From positions 24,924,001 through 24,988,000 of the forward strand of contig CAIIXF020000001.1 in the NCBI GenBank assembly GCA_903813345.2: a stretch of DNA of 64,000 nt. Reading direction: 5' to 3'. Origin of the DNA: Owenia fusiformis (Eukaryota). Below are positions 12,401 to 27,400 of the stretch, piece by piece (position 1 is the stretch's first letter; each line of letters starts with the position of its first letter). The translations under genes and the position numbers were made by a program. The notes under the pieces were generated by a model. That model had not been told where the DNA came from and did no database searches. It saw nothing but the letters and a program-made list of their open reading frames with translations.

Positions 12401-15400
12401 ATCGGTACGTCTGGAGATTTCAAAATTGAGAACTATTTATCAGTATGTTCATTGCCAGATTCAAATGTTTATGTTTAATGAGTCGTTTTTGCTGATTCTA
12501 TGACAAAATTTATTTCACCTGGGTGTTGAAAATTAATATTATGTTAATTTTGAGATTGGAAATCACCAAGATTTATTTTGTATGAACTAAACTGGAAGCG
12601 TACTACATGACATTAATCTGCATGTCGTCCATTGATACAAATTAATAATAGTATAGTTTTGAATGAGTGATTAAATAATTGCTTTTGAAACATAATTCAT
12701 ATCAGTTACATATCTGTTGTGAGTAGTAAGACATCAACTACCCTTTGGATTCGTTCGCTTCCTGGTCATCTCAACCCCAAGTCATCTCAACCCAGTCCAA
12801 CTCAACCCCAAGTCAACTCAACCCCAAGTCAAGTCGACCCCTGTAAAACTCAACCCCAAGTCAACTCAACCCTGTAAAACTCAACCCCAGTAAAACTCAA
12901 CCCCTATATTTCTATATATTGATGAACTTATAAGAAAGTTTATTTCATTAAAATAATTCTGCCGATCGTGGCATAAGCGAGCCAAAAAAATATATGTTTT
13001 GACAAAAAATGATGCAACTTCTTTCAAAATTGGGGGGAGGGTGTGTGCGCACCCCTCCTGGCTACGCCTATATGCTTTCGGTCTATTAATTAGTAAATGT
13101 CAATGTTTTTGTTAAAGCATATTCATATAAATAAAAAGTTATATTACATTGTTGATTATTTCTAAATTATCTAAAATTTGATTTCAAAAGATGTCTTAAA
13201 TTAATTAATAGTTAATTAATCGTTTTCTTTTGGAATACTTTTACAGCTTTCTATTCAAAGGATCATGCAAAATGCTAGATTTTCAGAAATCAATGACTTA
13301 AATTATTCATCATAAAAAATTAAATTAGACATTGCACAAATGAATAGGGTTGAGTTTTACTGGGGTTGAGTTTTACAGGGTTGAGTTGACTTGGGGTTGA
13401 GTTCGACTTCACTTTTAAAAGTGAAAGTTAAAAACGTCGTCGTTTAAAAATAGCCTCTGTGCGCAGGGTAGATATCAACCATTGCATTTTTTAAACGATG
13501 CCACATTAATAAATGTCTAAGAGGGCACTGAATGAAATGGATAATGTTGATTCATATTTTACACTCCCCTCCATTTTGGCAACCTTAGCTCCCCCATTAA
13601 TCTACGTGTTAAAGCCTCTTTACCTTTGAATTTTTATTAACTTAACCTGCGATGAAAATACTATAAATACTATTAATGGGAACGTAATTTGAAATGGATC
13701 ATGTTGTTTCATATTTTACACACCCCTCCATAATGATGCTAAATTTGATTTTTTGAAAATCGTCATTCCCATGTAAACCAATGGGAAATGGTGGTTACGG
13801 GGCAAATCAGAAATCAGGATATATATGCAGTAAACGATTCAGCAAAAAATATTTTATATAGAAAATTGAATTGTCTAACATTTTTGTACACTAAGTCACT
13901 GGTGATCCACTCGATTACGCTGGTTACCGAAACGGTTCGTTTTGGTAACAAAATGTCGGAACGTCGAAGGTACGATTTTTCTCTTTTCCTTATTATACAC
14001 GTTGAAGACAGAATTCCCACATGACATTTTTTAACACAAACGTATATCAGTATCATATGTTTAAGAAAATCTACATATGTGCGAACAAATAGTTCAAGAA
14101 ACAACAGAATCGTCGATTTAATTCTTCACTTAAGTTACATAAACGGTTTTTCGAAAAACAGTTAAGATCTGCACTTTTAACCAAAACCGTTTATGTAACT
14201 TAAGTGAGGAATTAAATCGAGGAATTAAATCGATTCTGTTGTCTTCTTAGCTATTTTTCGCAAACATGAACATTTTCTAAAACATATGATACTGATATAC
14301 GTTTGTGAGAAAAAACGTCGTGGAGATTCTGCCTACAACGCGTGAAATAAGGAAAAAAGAAAAATCGTACCTTCGACGTTCCGACATTTTGTTACCAAAA
14401 CGAACCGTTTTGGTAACCAGCGTAATCGAGTGGATCACCAGTGTAAGTGTTTAGTTTACTTGATGAATACTAAAGTTACAGAGCTTCAAAGTCATTTTTG
14501 AAAATCATTTTTCGCCTCCTGTGTTATTTCAATGAGAGAGGTTTTTTGAAAAACAATTTTGACTTTAAAGACCTATAACTTTGTTTAACCTGAAGAAACT
14601 TATCAATTTTTTGTTAAATAAAGTTAGCAAATTCAATTTCCTACAAAACTTGTATTTTTGCAAGGACTCGGATGGATGGGTATTCTGTCATATGACTTGC
14701 GACAAACCTAGAAAATTCAACAACATTTGAAGTTTTATTTTTCAAGAAAAGGTTTACCATTGAATTGCTGAATGGATAGTCGCACGGTATGGCAAAATAT
14801 GTTAAGACGTTTTTCTGAACCGATACGCTTCTAACATATAAGATCTATTAAAAAGGCGCAAGGCCACTAAAGTGCACAAGTAAATGTTTTTGACTTGACA
14901 TTGACTTGTGCACTTTGGTGGCCTTGCGCCTTTTTTAATAGATCTCATATCTCATATCTAGAAGCGTATTGGCAAAAAAAAATCGTAGAAGACCTAACAT
15001 ATTTTACCATACCGTGCGCCAATTCATTCAGGAATTCAGTTGTGAACGTTTTCTTGAAAAAATAAATCTTCAAGATTTTTTGAATTTTCCATCAGAAATT
15101 GATTGCTCCCCCCGCCTACCTCCGTCCCATTTTCACAATCACCGGGCGTCTTAATTATTGATTTGGGCTGTTGCCATGTGGGGGCTGCTGTGACCCTTGG
15201 AGACCAATTCAAACGGGTAGATTGCTTGTCTCATTAAAAACAAGACTTAAACGATATTTCAAAGCTATATAGAAACTACTCCGTCTATTGTGTCAACGAT
15301 GTATTATTGCATCGTTTCACTGTCCACACAAATGAATTGAATGCGCTAAAAATTACATTTGATGGACTAAAAAATGTTTGAACGGGTATAAAGTAATAAT

Positions 15401-18400
15401 TTCAAATGTAAGTTTATACTAGTATGATAATAAAATTACACATATACCATGGGCTGTATTATTGATATAAAACAGTAATGATGTGAGATTAACAGTCTTA
15501 AAGGCAGCGAAAATATACTGAATTTTCGAAAAAAAACTAACATGGTTTTGCACATTTAACTTATAAGAGCTCAACAAATAGTGGGTTTATGCATTAATTT
15601 TCTGTTCTTACTACAGCTACAGCTGATGCTTCCGATACTACAGTAACTGTTGCTACAACTTCAGTGGCTGACACAACTACAGCTGATTCTACAACAGTTT
15701 ATGATGCAACAACAGTTGATGTTACAACAACAGTAACTGACACAACTACAATGGCTGACACAACTACGGCAGAAAATACAGCAGCTGATGCTACAACTAC
15801 AGTGGCTGACACAACTGCAGCTGATGTTACAACAACAGTTGCTGATGCAACAACGGCTGATGTTACAACAGCAGTTGCTGACACAACTACAGTGGCTGAC
15901 GCAACTACGGCAGATACTACAGCAGCTGATGCTACAAGTACAGTGGCTGACACAACTACAGCTGATGCTACAACAACAGTTGCTGATGCAACAACGGCTG
16001 ATGTTACAACAACAGTAGCTGACACAACTACAGTGGCTGACGCAACTACGGTAGATACTACAGCAGCTGATGCTACAACTACAGTGGCTGACACAACTGC
16101 AGCTGATGCTACAACAACAGTTGCTGATGCAACAACGGCTGATGTTACAACAGCAGTTGCTGACACAACTACAGTGGCTGATGCAACTACGGCAGATACT
16201 ACAGCAGCTGATGCTACAATTACAGTGGCTGACACAACTACAGCTGATGTTACAACAACAGTTGCTGATGCAACAACGGCTGATGTTACAACAACAGTAG
16301 CTGACACAACTACAGTGGCTGACGCAACTACGGCAGATACTACAGCAGCTGATGCTACAACTACAGTGGCTGACAAAACTGCAGCTGATGCTACAACAAC
16401 AGTTGCTGATGCAACAACGGCTGATGTTACAACAGCAGTTGCTGACACAACTACAGTGGCTGACGCAACTACGGCAGATTCTACAGCAGCTGATGCTACA
16501 AGTACAGTGGCTGACACAACTACAGCTGATGAGACAACAACAACTGCTGATGCAACAACGGCTGATGTTACAACAACAGCAGCTGACACAACTACAGTGG
16601 CTGACGCAACTACGGCAGATACTACAGCAGCTGATGCTACAACTACAGTGGCTGACACAACTGCAGCTGATGCTACAACAACAGTTGCTGATGCAACAAC
16701 GGCTGATGTTACAACAGCAGTTGCTGACACAACTACAGTGGCTGACGCAACTACGGCAGATACTACAGCAGCTGATGCTACAAGTACAGTGGCTGACACA
16801 ACTACAGCTGATGCTACAACAACAGGTGCTGATGCAACAACGGCTGATGTTACAACAACAGTAGCTGACACAACTACAGTGGCTGACGCAACTACGGCAG
16901 ATACTACAGCAGCTGATGCTACAACTACAGTGGCTGACATAACTACAGCTGATGCTACAACAACAGTTGCTGATGCAACAACGGCTGATGTTACAACAGC
17001 AGTTGCTGACACAACTACAGTGGCTGACGCAACTACGGCAGATACTACAGCAGCTGATGCTACAAGTACAGTGGCTGACACAGCTATAGCTGATGCTACA
17101 ACAACAGTTGCTGATGCAACAACGGCTGATGTTACAACAACAGTAGCTGACACAACTACAGTGGCTGACGCAACTACGGCAGATACTACAGCAGCTGATG
17201 ATACAACTACAGTGGCTGACACAACTGCAGCTGATGCTACAACAACAGTTGCTGATGCAACAACGGCTGATGTTACAACAGCAGTTGCTGACACAACTAC
17301 AGTGGCTGACGCAACTACGGCAGATACTACAGCAGCTGATGCTACAACTACAGTGGCTGACACAACTGCAGCTGATGCTACAACAACAGTTGCTGATGCA
17401 ACAACGGCTGATGTTACAACAGCAGTTGCTGACACAACTACAGTGGCTGACGCAACTAGGGCAGATTCTACAGCAGCTGATGCTACAAGTACAGTGGCTG
17501 ACACAACTACAGCTGATGCTACAACAACAGTTGCTGATGCAACAACGGCTGATGTTACAACAACAGTAGCTGACACAACTACAGTGGCTGACGCAACTAC
17601 GGCAGATACTACAGCAGCTGATGCTACAACTACAGTGGCTGACACAACTGCAGCTGATGCTACAACAACAGTTGCTGATGCAACAACGGCTGATGTTACA
17701 ACAGCAGTTGTTGACACAACTACAGTGGCTGACACAACTACGGCAGATACTACAGCAGCTGATGCTACAACTACAGTGGCTGACATAACTACAGCTGATG
17801 CTACAACAACAGTTGCTGATTCAACAACGGCTGATGTTACAACAGCAGTTGCTGACACAACTACAGTGGCTTACGCAACTACGGCAGATAGTACAGCAGC
17901 TGATGCTACAAGTACAGTGGCTGACACAACTACAGCTGATGCTACAACAACAGTTGCTGATGCAACAACGGCTGATGTTACAACAACAGTAGCTGACACA
18001 ACTACAGTGGCTGACGCAACTACGGCAGATACTACAGCAGCTGATGCTACAACTACAGTGGCTGACACAACTACAGCTGATGCTACAACAACAGTTGCTG
18101 ATGCAACAACGGCTGATGTTACAACAACAGTAGCTGACACAACTACAGTAGCTGACGCAACTACGGCAGATACTACAGCAGCTGATGCTACAACTACAGT
18201 GGCTGACACAACTGCAGCTGATGCTACAACAACAGTTGCTGATGCAACAACGGCTGATGTTACAACAGCAGTTGCTGACACAACTACAGTGGCTGACACA
18301 ACTACGGCAGATTCTACAGCAGCTGATGCTACAAGTACAGTGGCTGACACAACTACAGCTGATGCTACAACAACAGTTGCTGATGCAACAACGGCTGATG

Positions 18401-21400
18401 TTACAACAACAGTAGCTGACACAACTACAGTGGCTGACGCAACTACGGCAGATACTACAGCAGCTGATGCTACAACTACAGTGGCTGACACAACTGCAGC
18501 TGATGCTACAACAACAGTTGCTGATGCAACAACGGCTGATGTTACAACAGCAGTTGCTGACACAACTACAGTGGCTGACGCAACTACGGCAGATACTACA
18601 GCAGCTGATGCTACAAGTACAGTGGCTGACACAACTACAGCTGATGCTACAACAACAGTTGCTGATGCAACAACGGCTGATGTTACAACAACAGTAGCTG
18701 ACACAACTACAGTGGCTGACGCAACTACGGCAGATACTACAGCAGCTGATGCTACAACTACAGTGGCTGACATAACTGCAGCTGATGCTACAACAACAGT
18801 TGCTGATGCAACAACGGCTGATGTTACAACAGCAGTTGCTGACACAACTACAGTGGCTGACGCAACTACGGCAGATACTACAGCAGCTGATGCTACAAGT
18901 ACAGTGGCTGACACAACTACAGCTGATGCTACAACAACAGTTGCTGATGCAACAACGGCTGATGCTACAACAACAGTAGCTGACACAACTACAGTGGCTG
19001 ACGCAACTACGGCAGATAATACAGCAGCTGATGCTACAACTACAAGGGCTGACACAACTGCAGCTGATGCTACAACAACAGTTGCTGATGCAACAACGGC
19101 TGATGTTACAACAACAGTAGCTGACACAACTACAGTGGCTGACACAACTACAGCTGATGCTACAACAACAGTTGCTGATGCAACAACGGCTGATGTTACA
19201 ACAACAGTAGCTGACACAACTACAGTGGCTGACGCAACTACGGCAGATACTACAGCAGCTGATGCTACAACTACAGTGGCTGCCACAACTGCAGCTGATG
19301 TTACAACAACAGTTGCTGATGCAACAACGGCTGATGTTACAAAAGCAGTTGCTGACACAACTACAGTGGCTGACGCAACTACGGCAGATTCTACAGCAGC
19401 TGATGCTATTAGTACAGTGGCTGACACAACTACAGCTGATGCTACAACAACAGTTGCTGATGCAACAACGGCTGATATTACAACAATAGTAGCTGACACA
19501 ACTACAGTGGCTGACGCAACTACGGTAGATACTACAGCAGCTGATGCTACAACTACAGTGGCTGACACAACTGCAGCTGATGCTACAACAACAGTTGCTG
19601 ATGCAACAACGGCTGATGTTACAACAGCAGTTGCTGACACAACTACAGTGGCTGACGCAACTACGGCAGATACTACAGCAGCTGATGCTACAATTACAGT
19701 GGCTGACACAACTACAGCTGATGCTACAACAACAGTTGCTGATGCAACAACGGCTGATGTTACAACAACAGTAGCTGACACAACTACATTGACTGACGCA
19801 ACTAGAGCAGATACTACAGCAGCTGATGCTACAGCTACAGTGGCTGACACAACTGCAGCTGATGCTACAACAACAGTTGCTGATGCAACAACGGCTGATG
19901 TTACAACAGCAGTTGCTGACACAACTACAGTGGCTGACGCAACTACGGCAGATACTACAGCAGCTGATGCTACAAGTACAGTGGCTGACTCAACTACAGC
20001 TGATGCTACAACAACAGTTGCTGATGCAACAACGGCTGATGTTACAACAGCAGTTGCTGACACAACTACAGTGGCTGACGCAACTACGGCAGATACTACA
20101 GCAGCTGCTGCTACAAGTACAGTGGCTGACACAACGACAGCTGATCCTACAACAACAGTTGCTGATGCAACAACGGCTGATGTTACAACAACAGTAGCTG
20201 ACACAACTACAGTGGCTGACGCAACTACGGCAGATACTACAGCAGCTGATGCTACAACTACAGTGGCTGACACAACTGCAGCTGATGCTACAACAACAGT
20301 TGCTGATGCAACAACGGCTGATGTTACAACAGCAGTTGCTGACACAACTAGAGTGGCTGACGCAACTACGGCAGATTCTACAGCAGCTGATGCTACAACT
20401 ACAGTGGCTGACACAACTGCAGCTGATGCTACAACAACAGTTGCTGATGTAACAACGGCTGGTGTTACAACAGCAGTTGCTGACACAACTACAGTGGCTG
20501 ACGCAACTACGGCAGATACTACAGCAGCTGATGCTACAAGTACAGTGGCTGACACAACTACAGCTGATGCTACAACAACAGTTGCTGATGCAACAACGGC
20601 TGATGTTACAACAACAGTAGCTGACACAACTACAGTGGCTGACGCAACTACGACAGATACTACAGCAGCTGATGCTACAACTACAGTGGCTGACACAACT
20701 GCAGCTGATGCTACAACAACAGTTGCTGATGCAACAACGGCTGATGTTACAACAGCAGTTGCTGACACAACTACAGTGGCTGACGCAACTACGGCAGATT
20801 CTACAGCAGCTGATGCTACAAGTACAGTGGCTGACACAACTACAGCTGATGCTACAACAACAGTTGCTGATGCAACAACGGCTGGTGTTACAACAACAGT
20901 AGCTGACACAACTACAGTGGCTGACGCAACTACGGCAGATACTACAGCAGCTGATGCTACAACTACAGTGATTGACACAACTGCAGCTGATGCTACAACA
21001 ACAGTTGCTGATGCAACAACGGCTGATGTTACAACAGCAGTTGCTGACACAACTACAGTGGCTGAAGCAACTACGGCAGATACTACAGCAGCTGATGCTA
21101 CAACTACAGTGGCTGACACAACTGCAGCTGATGCTACAACAACAGTTGCTGATGCAACAACGGCTGATGTTACAACAGCAGTTGCTGACACAACTACAGT
21201 GGCTGACGCAACTACGGCAGATTCTACAGCAGCTGATGCTACAACTACAGTGGCTGACACAACTGCAGCTGATGCTACAACAACAGTTGCTGATGCAACA
21301 ACGGCTGATGTTACAACAGCAGTTGCTGACACAACTACAGTGGCTGACGCAACTACGGCAGATTCTACAGCAGCTGATGTTACAAGTACAGTGGCTGACA

Positions 21401-24400
21401 CAACTACAGCTGATGCTACAACAACAGTTGCTGATGCAACAACGGCTGATGTTACAACAACAGTAGCTGACACAACTACAGTGGCTGACGCAACTACGGC
21501 AGATACTACAGCAGCTGATGCTACAACTACAGTGGCTGACACAACTGCAGCTGATGCTACAACAACAGTTGCTGATGCAACAACGGCTGATGTTACAACA
21601 GCAGTTGCTGACACAACTACAGTGGCTGACGCAACTACAGCAGATTCTACAGCAGCTGATGCTACAAGTACAGTGGCTGACACAACTACAGCTGATGCTA
21701 CAACAACAGTTGCTGATGCAACAACGGCTGATGTTACAACAACAGTAGCTGACACAACTACAGTGGCTGACGCAACTACGGCAGATACTACAGCAGCTGA
21801 TGCTACAACTACAGTGGCTGACACAACTGCAGCTGATGCTACAACAACAGTTGCTGATGCAACAACGGCTGATGTTACAACAGCAGTTGCTGACACAACT
21901 ACAGTGGCTGACGCAACTACGGCAGATACTACAGCAGCTGATGCTACAAGTACAGTGGCTGACTCAACTACAGCTGATGCTACAACAACAGTTGCTGATG
22001 CAACAACGGCTGATGTTACAACAACAGTAGCTGACACAACTACAGTGGCTGACGCAACTACGGCAGATTCTACAGCAGCTGATGCTACAACTACAGTGGC
22101 TGACACAACTGCAGCTGATGCTACAACAACAGTTGCTGATGCAACAACGGCTGGTGTTACAACAGCAGTTGCTGACACAACTACAGTGGCTGACGCAACT
22201 ACGGAAGATACTACAGCAGCTGATGCTACAAGTACAGTGGCTGACACAACTACAGCTGATGCTACAACAACAGTTGCTGATGCAACAACGGCTGATGTTA
22301 CAACAACAGTAGCTGACACAACTACAGTGGCTGACGCAACTACGGCAGATACTACAGCAGCTGATGCTACAACTACAGTGGCTGACACAACTGCAGCTGA
22401 TGCTACAACAACAGTTGCTGATGCAACAACGGCTGATGTTACAACAGCAGTTGCTGACACAACTACAGTGGCTGACGCAATTACGGCAGATTCTACAGCA
22501 GCTGATGCTACAAGTACAGTGGCTGACACAACTACAGCTGATGCTACAACAACAGTTGCTGATGCAACAACGGCTGATGTTACAACAACAGTAGCTGACA
22601 CAACTACAGTGGCTGACGCAACTACGGCAGATACTACAGCAGCTGATGCTACAACTACAGTGGCTGACACAACTGCAGCTGATGCTACAACAACAGTTGC
22701 TGATGCAACAACGGCTGATGTTACAACAGCAGTTGCTGACACAACTACAGTGGCTGACGCAACTACGGCAGATTCTACAGCAGCTGATGCTACAAGTACA
22801 GTGGCTGACACAACTACAGCTGATGCTACAACAACAGTTGCTGATGCAACAACGGCTGATGTTACAACAACAGTAGCTGACACAACTACAGTGGCTGACG
22901 CAACTACGGCAGATACTACAGCAGCTGATGCTACAACTACAGTGGCTGACACAACTGCAGCTGATGCTACAACAACAGTTGCTGATGCAACAACGGCTGA
23001 TGTTACAACAGCAGTTGCTGACACAACTACAGTGGCTGACGCAACTACGGCAGATACTACAGCAGCTGATGCTACAAGTACAGTGGCTGACTCAACTACA
23101 GCTGATGCTACAACAACAGTTGCTGATGCAACAACGGCTGATGTTACAACAACAGTAGCTGACACAACTACAGTGGCTGACGCAACTACGGCAGATTCTA
23201 CAGCAGCTGATGCTACAACTACAGTGGCTGACACAACTGCAGCTGATGCTTCAACAACAGTTGCTGATGCAACAACGGCTGGTGTTACAACAGCAGTTGC
23301 TGACACAACTACAGTGGCTGACGCAACTACGGCAGATACTACAGCAGCTGATGCTACAAGTACAGTGGCTGACACAACTACAGCTGATGCTACAACAACA
23401 GTTGCTGATGCAACAACGGCTGATGTTACAACAACAGTAGCTGACACAACTACAGTGGCTGACGCAACTACGGCAGATACTACAGCAGCTGATGCTACAA
23501 CTACAGTGGCTGACACAACTGCAGCTGATGCTACAACAACAGTTGCTGTTTCAACAACGGCTGATGTTACAACAGCAGTTGCTGACACAACAACGGCTGA
23601 TGTTACAACAACAGTAGCTGACACAACTACAGTGGCTGACACAACTGCAGCTGATGCTACAGCAACAGTTGCTGATGCAACAACGGCTGATGTTACAACA
23701 GCAGTTGCTGACACAACTACAGTGGCTGACGCAACTACGGCAGATACTACAGCAGCTGATGCTACAAGTACAGTGGCTGACACAACTACAGCTGATGCTA
23801 CAACAACAGTTGCTGATGCAACAACGGCTGATGCTACAACAACAGTAGCTGACACAACTACAGCAGCTGATGCTACAACTACAGTGGCTGACACAACTGC
23901 AGCTGATACTACAACAACAGTTGCTGATGCAACAACGGCTGATGTTACAACAGCAGTTGCTGACACAACTACAGTGGCTGACGCAACTACGGCAGATTCT
24001 ACAGCAGCTGATGCTACAAGTACAGTGGCTGACACAACTATAGCTGATGCTACAACAACAGTTGCTGATGCAACAACGGCTGATGTTACAACAACAGTAG
24101 CTGACACAACTACAGTGGCTGACGCAACTACGGCAGATACTACAGCAGCTGATGCTACAACTACAGTGGCTGACACAACTGCAGCTGATGCTACAACAAC
24201 AGTTGCTGATGCAACAACGGCTGATGTTACAACAGCAGTTGCTGACACAACTACAGTGGCTGACGCAACTACGGCAGATACTACAGCAGCTGATGCTACA
24301 AGTACAGTGGCTGACTCAACTACAGCTGATGCTACAACAACAGTTGCTGATGCAACAACGGCTGATGTTACAACAACAGTAGCTGACACAACTACAGTGG

Positions 24401-27400
24401 CTGACGCAACTACGGCAGATTCTACAGCAGCTGATGCTACAACTACAGTGGCTGACACAACTGCAGCTGATGCTACAACAACAGTTGCTGATGCAACAAC
24501 GGCTGGTGTTACAACAGCAGTTGCTGACACAACTACTGTGGCTGACGCAACTACGGCAGATACTACAGCAGCTGATGCTACAAGTACAGTGGCTGACACA
24601 ACTACAGCTGATGCTACAACAACAGTTGCTGATGCAACAACGGCTGATGTTACAACAACAGTAGCTGACACAACTACAGTGGCTGACGCAACTACGGCAG
24701 ATACTACAGCAGCTGATGCTACAACTACAGTGGCTGACACAACTGCAGCTGATGCTACAACAACAGTTGCTGATGCAACAACGGCTGATGTTACAACAGC
24801 AGTTGCTGACACAACTACAGTGGCTGACGCAATTACGGCAGATTCTACAGCAGCTGATGCTACAAGTACAGTGGCTGACACAACTACAGCTGATGCTACA
24901 ACAACAGTTGCTGATGCAACAGCGGCTGATGTTACAACAACAGTAGCTGACACAACTACAGTGGCTGACGCAACTACGGCAGATACTACAGCAGCTGATG
25001 CTACAACTACAGTGGCTGACACAACTGCAGCTGATGCTACAACAACAGTTGCTGATGCAACAACGGCTGATGTTACAACAGCAGTTGCTGACACAACTAC
25101 AGTGGCTGACGCAACTACGGCAGATTCTACAGCAGCTGATGCTACAAGTACAGTGGCTGACACAACTACAGCTGATGCTACAACAACAGTTGCTGATGCA
25201 ACAACGGCTGATGTTACAACAACAGTAGCTGACACAACTACAGTGGCTGACGCAACTACGGCAGATACTACAGCAGCTGATGCTACAACTACAGTGGCTG
25301 ACACAACTGCAGCTGATGCTACAACAACAGTTGCTGATGCAACAACGGCTGATGTTACAACAGCAGTTGCTGACACAACTACAGTGGCTGACGCAACTAC
25401 GGCAGATACTACAGCAGCTGATGCTACAAGTACAGTGGCTGACACAACTACAGCTGATGCTACAACAACAGTTACTGATGCAACAACGGCTGATGTTACA
25501 ACAACAGTAGCTGACACAACTACAGTGGCTGACGCAACTACGGCAGATACTATAGCAGCTGATGCTACAACTACAGTGGCTGACACAACTGCAGCTGATG
25601 CTACAACAACAGTTGCTGTTTCAACAACGGCTGATGTTACAACAGCAGTTGCTGACACAACTACAGTGGCTGACGCAACTACGGCAGATTCTACAGCAGC
25701 TGATGCTACAAGTACAGTGGCTGACACAACTACAGCTGATGCTACAACAACAGTTGCTGATGCAACAACGGCTGATGTTACAACAACAGTAGCTGACACA
25801 ACTACAGTGGCTGACGCAACTACGGCAGATACTACAGCAGCTGATGCTACAACTACAGTGGCTGACACAACTGCAGCTGATGCTACAACAACAGTTGCTG
25901 ATGCAACAACGGCTGATGTTACAACAGCAGTTGCTGACACAACTACAGTGGCTGACGCAACTACGGCAGATTCTACAGCAGCTGATGCTACAAGTACAGT
26001 GGCTGACACAACTACAGCTGATGCTACAACAACAGTTGCTGATGCAACAACGGCTGATGTTACAACAACAGTAGCTGACACAACTACAGTGGCTGACGCA
26101 ACTACGGCAGATACTACAGCAGCTGATGCTACATCTACAGTGGCTGACACAACTGCAGCTGATGCTACAACAACAGTTGCTGATGCAACAACGACTGATG
26201 TTACAACAGCAGTTGCTGACACAACTACAGTGGCTGACGCAACTACGGCAGATTCTACAGCAGCTGATGCTACAAGTACAGTGGCTGACACAACTACAGC
26301 TGATGCTACAACAACAGTTGCTGATGCAACAACGGCTGATGTTACAACAACAGTAGCTGACACAACTACAGTGGCTGACGCAACTACGGCAGATACTACA
26401 GCAGCTGATGCTACAACTACAGTGGCTGACACAACTGCAGCTGATGCTACAACAACAGTTGCTGATGCAACAATGGCTGATGTTACAACAGCAGTTGCTG
26501 ACACAACTACAGTGGCTGACGCAACTACGGCAGATTCTACAGCAGCTGATGCTACAAGTACAGTGGCTGACACAACTACAGCTGATGCTACAACAACAGT
26601 TGCTGATGCAACAACGGCTGATGTTACAACAACAGTAGCTGACACAACTACAGTGGCTGACGCAACTACGGCAGATACTACAGCAGCTGATGCTACAACT
26701 ACAGTGGCTGACACAACTGCAGCTGATGCTACAACAACAGTTGCTGATGCAACAACGGCTGATGTTACAACAGCAGTTGCTGACACAACTACAGTGGCTG
26801 ACGCAACTACGGCAGATTCTACAGCAGCTGATGCTACAAGTACAGTGGCTGACACAACTACAGCTGATGCTACAACAACAGTTGCTGATGCAACAACGGC
26901 TGATGTTACAACAACAGTAGCTGACACAACTACAGTGGCTGACGCAACTACGGCAGATACTACAGCAGCTGATGCTACAACTACAGTGGCTGACACAACT
27001 GCAGCTGATGCTACAACAACAGTTGCTGATGCAACAACGGCTGATGTTACAACAGCAGTTGCTGACACAACTACAGTGGCTGACGCAACTACGGCAGATT
27101 CTACAGCAGCTGATGCTACAAGTACAGTGGCTGACACAACTACAGCTGATGCTACAACAACAGTTGCTGATGCAACAACGGCTGATGTTACAACAACAGT
27201 AGCTGACACAACTACAGTGGCTGACGCAACTACGGCAGATACTACAGCAGCTGATGCTACAACTACAGTGGCTGACACAACTGCAGCTGATGCTACAACA
27301 ACAGTTGCTGATGCAACAACGGCTGATGTTACAACAGCAGTTGCTGACACAACTACAGTGGCTGACGCAACTACGGCAGATTCTACAGCAGCTGATGCTA

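Noticed and set aside
9700-12700. Possible hidden exons or transposase relics in the non-repetitive part of the long intron
   Set aside because: No sizeable ORF or recognisable motif; only tBLASTx or RNA-seq could rescue it.
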